Part shown: piece after piece, positions 63,486 through 64,000 of the stretch
Layout: each line of letters opens with the position of its first letter
How positions within the stretch are numbered: position 1 is the first letter of the stretch
From: Tubulanus polymorphus
Taxonomy: Eukaryota > Animalia > Nemertea
Direction: 5' to 3'
Length of the DNA stretch: 64,000 nucleotides
Assembly: GCF_964204645.1 (NCBI RefSeq)
Contig: NC_134026.1
Span: 17,332,150-17,396,149 of the forward strand
Notes under the pieces: model-generated
The model's input: the letters and a program-made list of their open reading frames with translations, nothing else
Told to the model about the DNA's origin: nothing
Databases searched by the model: none
Program-made: the position numbers and the translations under genes

Positions 63486-63745
63486 AAGGCCAAAAAAAGA
63501 TGCCTTGTTTCTCATCACACTTTTGTTTTTTACCATGACGAGGGCGGGCGGTTTTTATTTTTATGTACTTTTTTTTTAAAGTAGAAATAAAAAGAACTGT
63601 TTGAATTTTTTTTGGAGATGCGGGAGGTGTCTTTTTATTTTTATTATATCAATAAAAATATCCCTCTGACATATTTTCTTCAGATGCGGGAGGTAGTTTT
63701 TTATTTTTATTTTACTGGAAAATCACTGCTTAATCCTGAAAATGA
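63486..63745. repeat. MITE-like remnant
   Basis: aaggccaaaaaaaa..tgtttc..gggcgggcgg start; agatgcgggaggt..tttttattttta repeated twice. Confidence 0.4.
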
Positions 63746-64000
63746 TTGGTGAATCCTGAAAATCCATTGCAACACCTCAACCGGCCAACGCATTTTCAAA
63801 AAGTTCCATCACTGTTGACTCTGGAGATACTTGTAGAATTGGCCAACGTAGTATTGGCTTCTTTTGGAATATTATTTGAACAGATAGCAACATCTTGGAC
63901 GCTATTAGCACCACATTTTACCAAGAGAAATCGCTTCGAAATAAGAATCACGCCAGAAATCAAGCTCCACAGCGACCTTGGCATTTGACATTTAGGCCTA

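Overview
AT-rich eukaryotic genomic DNA, most likely from a marine invertebrate (a lophotrochozoan-like repeat landscape; this is inference). The window is dominated by decayed and nested transposable elements. These include an L2/CR1-type LINE, two Penelope-like retroelement remnants with minimal hammerhead-like motifs, a maT/DD37D Tc1-mariner element, a two-gene ISL2EU/Harbinger-type element (DDE transposase plus spliced SWIM-YqaJ exonuclease), and a MULE with TIRs and an 8-bp TSD. There are also piggyBac-like and Kolobok-like TTAA MITEs and many Helentron-associated (HINE/pearl-like) elements with ~150-bp internal tandem arrays. Only two plausible host genes are visible, both apparently intronless on the minus strand: a class A GPCR with a 1-nt frameshift (49957-51013) and a 355-aa uncharacterised ORF (59200-60267). 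The least expected signal is missed by the ORF track: a decayed cluster of Polinton/Maverick-like viral genes (4885-9090, minus strand), including a penton-like gene that reads through in frame once the inserted Penelope copy is removed. No rRNA, tRNA or CRISPR array is supported, and I cannot demonstrate an intact novel system. All family assignments come from motif recognition by eye, and boundaries without TIR/TSD support are approximate.
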